NCBI GenBank assembly: GCA_038058635.1
Contig: JBBUAP010000004.1
Coordinates: 97,196-158,783, forward strand
Length of the DNA stretch: 61,588 bases
Direction of reading: 5' to 3'
From: Patescibacteria group bacterium
GTDB taxonomy: Bacteria > Patescibacteriota > UBA1384 > 2-12-FULL-50-11
Shown here piece by piece: positions 19,230 through 26,948 of this stretch. The first letter of the stretch is position 1; the number at the start of each line of letters is the position of its first letter. The notes under the pieces are model-generated. The model did no database searches and was not told where the DNA came from. It saw nothing but the letters and a program-made list of their open reading frames with translations. A program made the position numbers and the translations under genes.

Positions 19230-20438
19230 ATGTCCAAGATCTTTCGGGTTTGGGGCGATGTGATTCACGATTCTCGGGGCGATCTGACAGTTCAGGCCTC
19301 GGTCCAGACTGACAACAATGTTGTCGGTTCGGCCGCCATTCCAGCTGGCGCTTCCAAGGGACTATTCGAAGCAGCGATTGTCGAAACTAACCTCGCCGTC
19401 AAAAACATTTCCGAATTCATTGAACCGGCTCTTCGTGGTGTCGAAATTACCGATCAACGACTGATTGATCAAAAGATGATTGAGCTTGACGGTACTGGCA
19501 ATAAATCTAAACTCGGCGCTAACAGCATTCTCGGTGTTTCGATGGCAGCCGCCCGCGCTGGCGCCAAAACGACTGACCAGGAACTTTATCGATACATCGC
19601 CCAACTCGACGACCGTCAGTCGTTTACCTTGCCGACCCCAATGTTCAACCTGATTAACGGCGGCAAGCACGCCACCAACAATCTCGACATTCAAGAGTTT
19701 ATGGTTGTTCCCGACCGAATTGGCGGTTATCACAATCAGCTTTCAGCCGGCCAACTGATTTTCAGTACGCTCGGTCAGATCCTGGACGGTGATCACATCA
19801 GCCGGACTTTTGGTGATGAAGGTGGCTACGCCCCAAATTTAGACACCAACGAAATGGCTTGCGACTACTTGGTAAGAGCGATTAAAGATTCGGGCTACAA
19901 GAAGTGGGAAGAAATATCGCTAGGGCTGGATGTCGCCGCTTCCAATGTGCCGCCAACCTTCGATATGACGCCAAGTCGATACTTGGGTTTCTTGCAAGAC
20001 TTCCCGATTCTTTCCCTTGAAGATCCGTTTCCCGAAGAGAGTTGGGAAGATTGGTCGAAGTTCCTACAGCAAATGGAAAAATCTATCGCCACCGACAAGA
20101 AAATCTTGCTAATCGGCGACGACCTTTATGTTACCAACCCCCAAAGGTTGCAGCGCGGCATCGACGAAAAATCCACCAACGCCATTTTGATCAAGCTCAA
20201 TCAAATCGGGTCGGTCAGCGAAACCATGACAGTGATGGAGATGGCTCGTTCAGCCGGTATGGTGACGATTGTTTCTCATCGCTCGGGCGAGACGCTTGAT
20301 GATTTTATCGCCGATTTTGCCGTCGGTATGGGCGCCCAATTCATCAAATCCGGCGCCCCCAACGAAGCCCATCCCGAGCGAATGACCAAATATCGCCGCC
20401 TCTTGACGATTGAACGGCAGCTATTAACCCCGCAGTAA
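19230..20438 (+). CDS. eno: Enolase
   Basis: DSRGDLTVQASV ... SHRSGETLD ... KLNQIGSVSE. GGAGG lies 9 nt upstream of ATG 19230. Confidence 0.9.
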   Translation: MSKIFRVWGDVIHDSRGDLTVQASVQTDNNVVGSAAIPAGASKGLFEAAIVETNLAVKNISEFIEPALRGVEITDQRLIDQKMIELDGTGNKSKLGANSILGVSMAAARAGAKTTDQELYRYIAQLDDRQSFTLPTPMFNLINGGKHATNNLDIQEFMVVPDRIGGYHNQLSAGQLIFSTLGQILDGDHISRTFGDEGGYAPNLDTNEMACDYLVRAIKDSGYKKWEEISLGLDVAASNVPPTFDMTPSRYLGFLQDFPILSLEDPFPEESWEDWSKFLQQMEKSIATDKKILLIGDDLYVTNPQRLQRGIDEKSTNAILIKLNQIGSVSETMTVMEMARSAGMVTIVSHRSGETLDDFIADFAVGMGAQFIKSGAPNEAHPERMTKYRRLLTIERQLLTPQ

Positions 20439-20439
20439 A

Positions 20440-22038
20440 ATGCGACCAAAACCGATTGTTTTGGCAATAATAGACGGTTGGGGAGTAGCACCGCATTGGG
20501 GCGGCAACGCCACCACGCTGGCGAAATTACCGTTTCTTAATTCACTCAAGCTGGTTTATCCCTACGGCACTCTCGAAGCTTCTGGTGAAGCCGTTGGCTT
20601 ACCCAAAGGTGAGCGCGGGAATTCTGAAGTCGGGCATCTAACCATCGGCGCCGGGCAAGTCGTCAACGAATCATTACCAGCCATCACCGCCGCGATTACC
20701 GACGGCTCATTTTTTACTAATCCCCAGCTAGTTCAAGCTTTTGATCGGGCCAAAACCAGCGGCAAAGCCGTCCATATTATGGGTCTGGTTTCTGATGGTG
20801 GCATTCACAGTCACATCAATCATTTGTTTGCCTTGCTCGATATGGCTAAGCAGCGAGGGGTGACTAATGTTTGTCTTCAGGCCATCACCGATGGTCGGGA
20901 TTCCGAACCGTTCGTTGCCCAGGAGCATCTATCGAAAGTCCAGCAGAAGATGACTGAAATCGGTTTCGGTAAGATTTGCACCGTTTCTGGCCGTTATTAC
21001 GCCATGGATCGAGATCATCGCTGGGATCGGATTGAAAAAACTTATCGAGCCATGACCGAAGGGGTTGGACCGTCGGCTCGGACGCCAGCTTCGGCCGTGG
21101 CGTCCTCGTATCGGGACGGTTTTTCCGATGAATTCATTATTCCGACTGTTATTCAGGGTGACGACAACAGCTTTCAACCAATTCAGGACGGTGATTCAGT
21201 CATCTTCTTCAACTTTCGAGGAGACCGGGCCCGAGAAATTACTCAAGCGTTAGTCAAAAAAGATTTTACCGATTTTGCTCGCCCGAAAGTTTTGCAAGAC
21301 CTGTATTTAGTCGGTTTTACTTTCTTTCAGGAAGGTCTGCCGATGGAAGTTGCTTTTCACCCGCGAAATATCACCGAACCATTAGCAGCGATTTTTTCCA
21401 AAGCCGGTTTAACTCAGTTGCATGTGGCGGAATCCGAAAAGTACGCTCATGTCACTTACTTCTTCAACGCCGGCGTCGAAGCGGCGTTCAAAGACGAAGA
21501 ACGGGTCGTTATCCCCTCCCCCAAAGTACCTAGTTATGATCAGGTACCAGAAATGTCGACCAAAGAGATTTCGGAAGCGGTTATTAAGGGTTTGGGCCAG
21601 TTTGATTTCATCGTCCTAAATTACGCCGCACCCGACATGGTTGGTCATACCGGCAATCTTCGTGCGGCCATCCAAGCCTGCGAAGCGGTCGATAGCGGCC
21701 TAAAGTCAATTTTTGAAGCGATGGACCAGCAGAACAGCTTGCTGATTATTACCGCCGATCACGGCAATGTTGAGCAGATGGTCAATCCCAAGACTGGCGA
21801 ACCCGATACCGAGCACACTAACAATCCCGTCCCCTTCTATATCGTCGGTGAGATGGCCAAAGGTTGGCACTTGAGAGCTGGCAAACTGTCGGATGTGGCA
21901 CCGACCATCCTGTCGTTACTCGGTATGCCTATACCCCCCGAAATGACCGGCAAAAATCTCATCGTCCCACCAGAAGTGGCGCCAATGGCTCCAGTTGCAC
22001 CAGCAACGGTTGCCCCTGCCCAACCCGTTGCTGCCTAG
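20440..22038 (+). CDS. gpmI: 2,3-bisphosphoglycerate-independent phosphoglycerate mutase
   Basis: LAIIDGWG ... NSEVGHLTIGAG ... ITADHGN, with a Pro/Ala-rich C-terminal tail. Confidence 0.9.
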   Translation: MRPKPIVLAIIDGWGVAPHWGGNATTLAKLPFLNSLKLVYPYGTLEASGEAVGLPKGERGNSEVGHLTIGAGQVVNESLPAITAAITDGSFFTNPQLVQAFDRAKTSGKAVHIMGLVSDGGIHSHINHLFALLDMAKQRGVTNVCLQAITDGRDSEPFVAQEHLSKVQQKMTEIGFGKICTVSGRYYAMDRDHRWDRIEKTYRAMTEGVGPSARTPASAVASSYRDGFSDEFIIPTVIQGDDNSFQPIQDGDSVIFFNFRGDRAREITQALVKKDFTDFARPKVLQDLYLVGFTFFQEGLPMEVAFHPRNITEPLAAIFSKAGLTQLHVAESEKYAHVTYFFNAGVEAAFKDEERVVIPSPKVPSYDQVPEMSTKEISEAVIKGLGQFDFIVLNYAAPDMVGHTGNLRAAIQACEAVDSGLKSIFEAMDQQNSLLIITADHGNVEQMVNPKTGEPDTEHTNNPVPFYIVGEMAKGWHLRAGKLSDVAPTILSLLGMPIPPEMTGKNLIVPPEVAPMAPVAPATVAPAQPVAA

Positions 22039-22068
22039 CATTCACACAGTCTGTGGTACGATTTATGA

Positions 22069-22734
22069 ATGGACCCGAGTCTAAGAGCAACTGTTCAATC
22101 TTTGCGCGCCGAAGGTTTAACCTTTGCCGAGATTAGTAATCGTTTAGGTACTACACTGTCAAAAAGTACCTTGTCCACCTGGTGTCGGGCTATCACACTT
22201 TCGGACAAGCAAGTTGAAAGGATAGAAGCAATAAAAAAGGATAAGTTAGCCCTAAGTCGTACTAAAGCCTTAATAGTCAATAAAATTGCTAGAGAGAAAT
22301 ACTTAACCGAAATAAGTGCGAGATACAGCTACTTACGACCTCAACTAGAGGGTAGTCTAGACTCCTCTTTGATGGTGCTAGCGACTCTCTACTTGACCGA
22401 AGGAAGCAAGCAGTCCGGTAAGCTCACTTTTGGGAATTCAGACCTCCGAATTATAAAATTATTTCTTAAGCTCTTAAGGATATGCTTTAAGATTGATGAA
22501 AGTAAATTCAGATGTACTGTCCAGAGACGAGCCGATCAGAATGATGAAAATTTATTAAGATATTGGTCTCAAGTTACAGGCATTCCCTCTAAGCAGTTCT
22601 ATGAATCTCGAGTTGACCCTAGAAGTGTAGGTAAACACACTCTCAAAGGGGAATACATGGGCGTCTGTCGTATAGATTATTTCTCGGGATACATTTATAA
22701 TGAATTGCGAGTGATCGCGTCATTGATCACGTAG
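22069..22734 (+). CDS. HTH plus LAGLIDADG-like (homing-endonuclease-like) protein
   Basis: N-terminal HTH (LRAEGLTFAEISNRLGTTLSKSTLSTW). LATLYLTEGSK ... is a LAGLIDADG-type motif. The gene abuts tRNA-Ala(GGC). Confidence 0.4.
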   Translation: MDPSLRATVQSLRAEGLTFAEISNRLGTTLSKSTLSTWCRAITLSDKQVERIEAIKKDKLALSRTKALIVNKIAREKYLTEISARYSYLRPQLEGSLDSSLMVLATLYLTEGSKQSGKLTFGNSDLRIIKLFLKLLRICFKIDESKFRCTVQRRADQNDENLLRYWSQVTGIPSKQFYESRVDPRSVGKHTLKGEYMGVCRIDYFSGYIYNELRVIASLIT

Positions 22735-24339
22735 TTTGGGCCCATAGCTCAGTTGGTAGAGCGTCTGGCTGGCAGTCAGAATGTCGTCGGTTCGAATCCG
22801 TCTGGGTCCACCAAACGTGGCATCTTTTCCATTCAGAGGCAAACAACAGGAGTAACAGTCGTGTATTTTGGTGTTCGAATAGCCGGGGTACGCCCATGGC
22901 ACTCCGATAGGAAATATCGAACACAAGAGCACTCTCTTCTGTTCTAGCGACGACTCTTTATAAGTTTCAGCGAGATCCTCGAACTTGGATTTAATAAAGT
23001 TCGCGACTCGCTCGAGGCTATATTTATCGAGCACGGAATCGCTCTGAGCGATCTTGATAAAGGCGATTTTTTCCTCAAGCCGTCTGTTTTGCTCTTTAAA
23101 TACATCATCGGTGTAGATACCGGCCAGATTCTTCTCAATCAGCGCCTGGCGTAGCTCGTAGAGCTTCTTCAGTTCGACCTCAGCTTCTTCACGCTGTTTC
23201 AGTAAGATTGCCGCCCTACCCTTATAAGTTCGACGGATAAAGGCAATTAGCAATTCAATGGCCTTTGGCCTGAGAGAGATTTCTTTGAGAAAATTTATCA
23301 TCAGTTCATCCATATCCTCCATCTTTACCGATGAACCCCTCCCCTTTTTGCAACGTTTGGGACAGAAGTAGTAGCCGAAGCGTCGGTATTTGCCCTTACT
23401 AAACCCACCGGTAAAGGATCGACCACAGATACCACATTTAATAATCCTTCTAAGCGGAAAATTAGGGTTGTTGGGACTCTTTTTAGCTAGCTGTACCGCC
23501 TTACTAGTATTGCGGCCGGTTACTACAGACTGAACACGATAGAAGAGCTCTTCGGTAATCATCGGCACGTGCTGGCCTTTGACCTCTTCGTTATAGGCCG
23601 CCGAGACGATAAAACCGGCGTAGAACTTGTTTTTGAACATCCGTGACATCGTCTGGTTACTAATTAGAGAGACTTTGCCATGATTTCTCTCCCGAACTCC
23701 CTGCTTATTGAGAATTTCGGCCATCTCTCGCAGAGTCGTCGTGCCAGTGCCCATTCGCTCCCAAGCGGCTTTGATCAGATCCCAGTTTTCCGGATCTTTG
23801 GTGCCGTAGCCGCTCTGATTAACATAGCCGAGCGGTACCGGGCCATTTCGTAATCCACATAGGAATCGAGCCTTCATGCCGTTTCTGGTGCGTTCAGAGC
23901 GGATATCGTTATCCATCTGAGCAAAGCCAGCTAGCATTGTTTCGACAAACCTTTCGGTTGGGCTGTTGCCGGTTGGTTCAGAAGCCGAGATGAGGCGGAT
24001 CTCACACTCACTCAACTTTTTCCGAATCGATAAGTAATCCGAAGTCTGGCGGGAGATTCGATCAAGCCGATAAACAATCACCGCGTCAATAATCTTTTTA
24101 TTCTTACGGCAGTATTCGAGCATTCGAATTAGTTCCGGCCGATTCACCGTTTTAGCCGAACGACCCTCTTCCCGGAATATCTCAACGACTTCGTAACCCC
24201 GTTTCTCCGCTTCCTTGTGGCAGATATCCTTCTGGGTATCCAACGAATAATTCTCGACCTGTTCTTCCGTTGAAACTCGCAGGTATACTACCGCTTTCTC
24301 GACTCTCTTCGCCATCAAATCAACGATCTTGTTATCCAT
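22720..24339 (-). CDS. Large serine recombinase (integrase)
   Basis: N-terminal resolvase domain (VVYLRVSTEEQ ... VYRLDRISR), recombinase domain, Zn ribbon (CGICGRSF ... YYFCPKRC) and coiled coil. AGGAGG precedes ATG 24339. The last ~31 codons are antisense to the tRNA-Ala gene. Confidence 0.85.
   Translation of the reverse strand: MDNKIVDLMAKRVEKAVVYLRVSTEEQVENYSLDTQKDICHKEAEKRGYEVVEIFREEGRSAKTVNRPELIRMLEYCRKNKKIIDAVIVYRLDRISRQTSDYLSIRKKLSECEIRLISASEPTGNSPTERFVETMLAGFAQMDNDIRSERTRNGMKARFLCGLRNGPVPLGYVNQSGYGTKDPENWDLIKAAWERMGTGTTTLREMAEILNKQGVRERNHGKVSLISNQTMSRMFKNKFYAGFIVSAAYNEEVKGQHVPMITEELFYRVQSVVTGRNTSKAVQLAKKSPNNPNFPLRRIIKCGICGRSFTGGFSKGKYRRFGYYFCPKRCKKGRGSSVKMEDMDELMINFLKEISLRPKAIELLIAFIRRTYKGRAAILLKQREEAEVELKKLYELRQALIEKNLAGIYTDDVFKEQNRRLEEKIAFIKIAQSDSVLDKYSLERVANFIKSKFEDLAETYKESSLEQKRVLLCSIFPIGVPWAYPGYSNTKIHDCYSCCLPLNGKDATFGGPRRIRTDDILTASQTLYQLSYGPKLRDQ
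22737..22812 (+). tRNA. tRNA-Ala(GGC), CCA encoded
   Basis: Hand-folded: acceptor gggccca/tgggtcc with G3:U70, D arm gctc-agttggta-gagc, anticodon arm tctgg-ctGGCag-tcaga. The T arm gtcgg-ttcgaat-ccgtc has one U:U mismatch. Confidence 0.85.
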
Positions 24340-24341
24340 CA

Positions 24342-24671
24342 CTATCCTCCTTTCAATAATTCTTTTAATGTTAGGCCGTCAAAGGCCTGTTTTTCATAAA
24401 CGTCAAACCAGGAATCAACCAGGCACTGCAGTTCAGTAATAAATATCTCCACCTCCTCATCCGAGAGGTTAGTTGCTACTTCTTGCAAGATCATCCGGGA
24501 TTTCTGGACTTTTGTCTCTTCAGCGGGGGTTGGAAATATTGAGCCTAGCGTCGTATCTAAGGTTTTGTAAGTGGCCGGGCTAATTAGTGGCCGATCAAGC
24601 TCCATCACTGCCGTTCGACCCGAAGTCGGCAGTGAGTCAGCTCGCCTAATTGTTCCTTCGATTATGGTCAT
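24342..24671 (-). CDS. Hypothetical protein upstream of the recombinase (possible accessory/RDF)
   Basis: 109-aa ORF whose stop abuts the recombinase start. No family recognised. Confidence 0.4.
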   Translation of the reverse strand: MTIIEGTIRRADSLPTSGRTAVMELDRPLISPATYKTLDTTLGSIFPTPAEETKVQKSRMILQEVATNLSDEEVEIFITELQCLVDSWFDVYEKQAFDGLTLKELLKGG

Positions 24672-24686
24672 ATCCCTCCTAAAGAC

Positions 24687-24723
24687 TATCTATATATAGA
24701 TAACACTATCTACATTTAGATAG
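24687..24723. promoter_or_regulatory. Two adjacent palindromic operator-like sites sharing TATCTA/TAGATA half-sites
   Basis: Perfect 16-bp palindrome tatctatatatagata (24687-24702), and ctatcta-catt-tagatag (24706-24723). Confidence 0.45.
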
Positions 24724-24796
24724 TTGTCAAGTGGGTAAATTACCAAGACTTTTACCCGATTTGACTAGTAGTGCCAAACCAAGATAGAAAGAGTAT

Positions 24797-24964
24797 ATGC
24801 TGTATAAAAAGTGTCCGAAATGCCGGGGAACAATGATTGGCGTTAAGGAGAAACCTCCTTTTTACCGCTGTTCCCAGTGTAATTATGAGGCCAAAACCAA
24901 AGAAGACATCGACCAACTCGAAACGTATAAAAATAGCCAGATCCCTCGTTCTACTAACCTTTAG
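24797..24964 (+). CDS. Possible 55-aa Zn-ribbon protein (speculative)
   Basis: My own translation is MLYKKCPKCRGTMIGVKEKPPFYRCSQCNYEAK..., with two CxxC pairs. It is below the ORF-track cutoff and converges on and overlaps the RT stop by 11 nt. Confidence 0.3.
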   Translation: MLYKKCPKCRGTMIGVKEKPPFYRCSQCNYEAKTKEDIDQLETYKNSQIPRSTNL

Positions 24965-25904
24965 AAGCGGAAATTAGCTCGCTGGCCACTTTCTTGCTCC
25001 GAACATGCCCGAGATAGCCAAGGAACGACGGCAAACTCTTTTCGTTTCGTCCCGGGTCGGTTCTCGCCTGCCGCAGAAGGATACGCTTAATCCTTTGCAC
25101 CGTTCTAACTCGCGGGACGCTGTGGTGCGGTCGGGCAACATAGCCAACAAAATCCAGGCCCCAACTTAATTTCCGCAAGGTGACTTTATTGGGATGAACA
25201 TTCAGGGCAAGACGCTCCCGCAAAAACCGATTGATTTCGACAAAGTAGCCCATTAGTTCTTCCGGGTTTTGACCAAGCAAAATAAAATCGTCTGCATAGC
25301 GCAAGTAATGTGGGGCATTTAATTTATGCTTAACAAACTTATCGAACCGATCCATATAAACATTGGCAAAGAGCTGGCTCGTTAAATTACCAAGCGGCAT
25401 TCCTTTGCCCGGGAGAACGGCAAAGCTGTCGATAATCTGACTGAGCAGGCGAAACATCCGTTTGTCGCCAACTCGCTCCCTCAACATCGTTTTAAGAATC
25501 TGATGATCGACACTGTCGAAAAACTTCCTAATGTCACATTTAAGCGCCCAGCACGGTTGGGTGTAGTTTTTACTGACTTGTCGGCCGTGGTCAGCTAGCT
25601 CGCGAAAAGCTCGGTGAGTGCCCATGTTTTTACGGCAAGCGTACGAATCAGAAATGAATGTCGCGTCATAAGGCGGGTAAAGGACTTGGTAGATCGCTTG
25701 ATGGACAAGCCGATCGCGGACGCTAGCTTTGCTGATGATCCGGAGTTTCGGATCGGTGATTTGAAACTGCTGATAACCGCCTGGTCGGTATGCATCCTGT
25801 ATCAAATCTCGGTGGAGAGCGAAGATATTATCTTCCAGATTGAATTCAAAAAGCTGAATATCTTCCTTCCGACGCTTACCCTTGCGGTAATTCCCCCACG
25901 CCAA
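24954..25904 (-). CDS. DGR reverse transcriptase
   Basis: RT motifs including RYADDFILL, and the DGR-typical PLGNLTSQLFANVYM (SQ motif). The compact 316-aa size and the adjacent TR/VR pair also fit. Confidence 0.9.
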   Translation of the reverse strand: MAWGNYRKGKRRKEDIQLFEFNLEDNIFALHRDLIQDAYRPGGYQQFQITDPKLRIISKASVRDRLVHQAIYQVLYPPYDATFISDSYACRKNMGTHRAFRELADHGRQVSKNYTQPCWALKCDIRKFFDSVDHQILKTMLRERVGDKRMFRLLSQIIDSFAVLPGKGMPLGNLTSQLFANVYMDRFDKFVKHKLNAPHYLRYADDFILLGQNPEELMGYFVEINRFLRERLALNVHPNKVTLRKLSWGLDFVGYVARPHHSVPRVRTVQRIKRILLRQARTDPGRNEKSLPSFLGYLGHVRSKKVASELISASKG

Positions 25905-25965
25905 AATGAGATTGTCGATTGAGACGATCTGGTCAAAGTCACCCTCATGCAGTAATAATCTTTTT

Positions 25966-26400
25966 ATGGAGAACTTTCCTCAACAACTCCTGGGTGGAGT
26001 ACCAATTACCCAGAAAACTTATGATTTTTACAGAACCCTTCATCTTCAGGTGCAGCGTTTTCCGAAGATTGAGCGTTATGCTACCGGTCAAACTCTCCAG
26101 AACGAGACCCTAGGCTTGCTAAAGTGTCTGCTGGCCGCCTGCCAAACTTCCGGGTCAGTTAAGGCCGGCCACCTAAGTGACGCCAGTCTCCAGCTCGAAA
26201 CGGTCAAGGTTTTTGTCCGGTTGGCATATGACGTTCGCGCCCTAGATCGACGGGCTTACATTCTCTTGCAAGAATTCTTGCAAGAGATCGGCCGGATGCT
26301 CGGCGGCTGGATCAAGTCGACCCAAAAGTCAAACTCCGAACAGTCAAGTACGAGCAAGCAAAATCTCAGCGACAAAGCTGAGACTGAGCTTATTGAATGA
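25966..26400 (+). CDS. Avd-like four-helix-bundle accessory protein, on the opposite strand to RT/TR/VR
   Basis: KTYDFYRTLHLQVQRFPKIERYATGQTL ... LQEIGRMLGGWIKS is the typical Avd / 23S-IVS four-helix-bundle pattern. I prefer the start at MENFPQQ. Confidence 0.75.
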   Translation: MENFPQQLLGGVPITQKTYDFYRTLHLQVQRFPKIERYATGQTLQNETLGLLKCLLAACQTSGSVKAGHLSDASLQLETVKVFVRLAYDVRALDRRAYILLQEFLQEIGRMLGGWIKSTQKSNSEQSSTSKQNLSDKAETELIE

Positions 26401-26504
26401 TCTGCATGCGCAAATCTTCCCTGCCAACAGATAGTTGGCTGTGAATCATCTGCCCCTGCAGCTGTTCTTCGCCAGCATAGCTGACTATGAATAGTGTGAG
26501 ATTT

Positions 26505-26619
26505 CGGGAGAAGGAGACGCCCAGGTTGTCGTTCGAGTTGTCCGGGTTATCGTTGTCGACGTTCAGGCCGTTGGAGTTGAAGTTGCCAGCATAGACCAAG
26601 TTGCCGTCAGATGAACGCT
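26505..26619 (-). repeat. DGR template repeat (TR)
   Basis: 115 bp colinear with the VR. All 14 differences are A (coding-strand sense) in TR against non-A in VR. Confidence 0.9.
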
Positions 26620-26948
26620 CCTTTGCGTTTCCCCAATCAAATCAACGGCACGATGCACTAAGAAGTAGAGACCGTGCCTGTATAACAATGTGGCGGCAGG
26701 CAAAGCTTCTTTGCCACCCGCGCTAGGAAAACGCAAGCAATCTATTAACTACCCCACACGCTCTAGGTGTGAGGGGAGTGTCAGTTCACTCCATTCGGCC
26801 GGAGTGCGTCCGTAAACGCACTCTCAATGGCAGTTGGATTTTAGCAGTTTTTAGGCGCACTGAATAGGGGTAGGGAGGCATTTTCCAAAATTTCGCTCGA
26901 GTCGGCTTCGCCGACACCCCAGTAAACCAAGGATCCAAGGGCCAAGGT

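Noticed and set aside
24954-25904. The RT as a retron or group II intron reverse transcriptase
   Set aside because: An adenine-specific TR/VR pair and an Avd-like gene are adjacent, and the RT has the DGR-type SQ motif. There is no maturase/X or endonuclease domain, no recognisable domain V/VI RNA, and no msr/msd-like inverted repeats.
26390-26599. 69-aa ORF (MVYAGNFNSNGLNVDNDNPDNSNDNLGVSFSR...)
   Set aside because: It is simply the reading frame of the DGR template repeat, a copy of the target C-terminus. It has no independent start context and TRs are non-coding, so it is called as a repeat and not a CDS.
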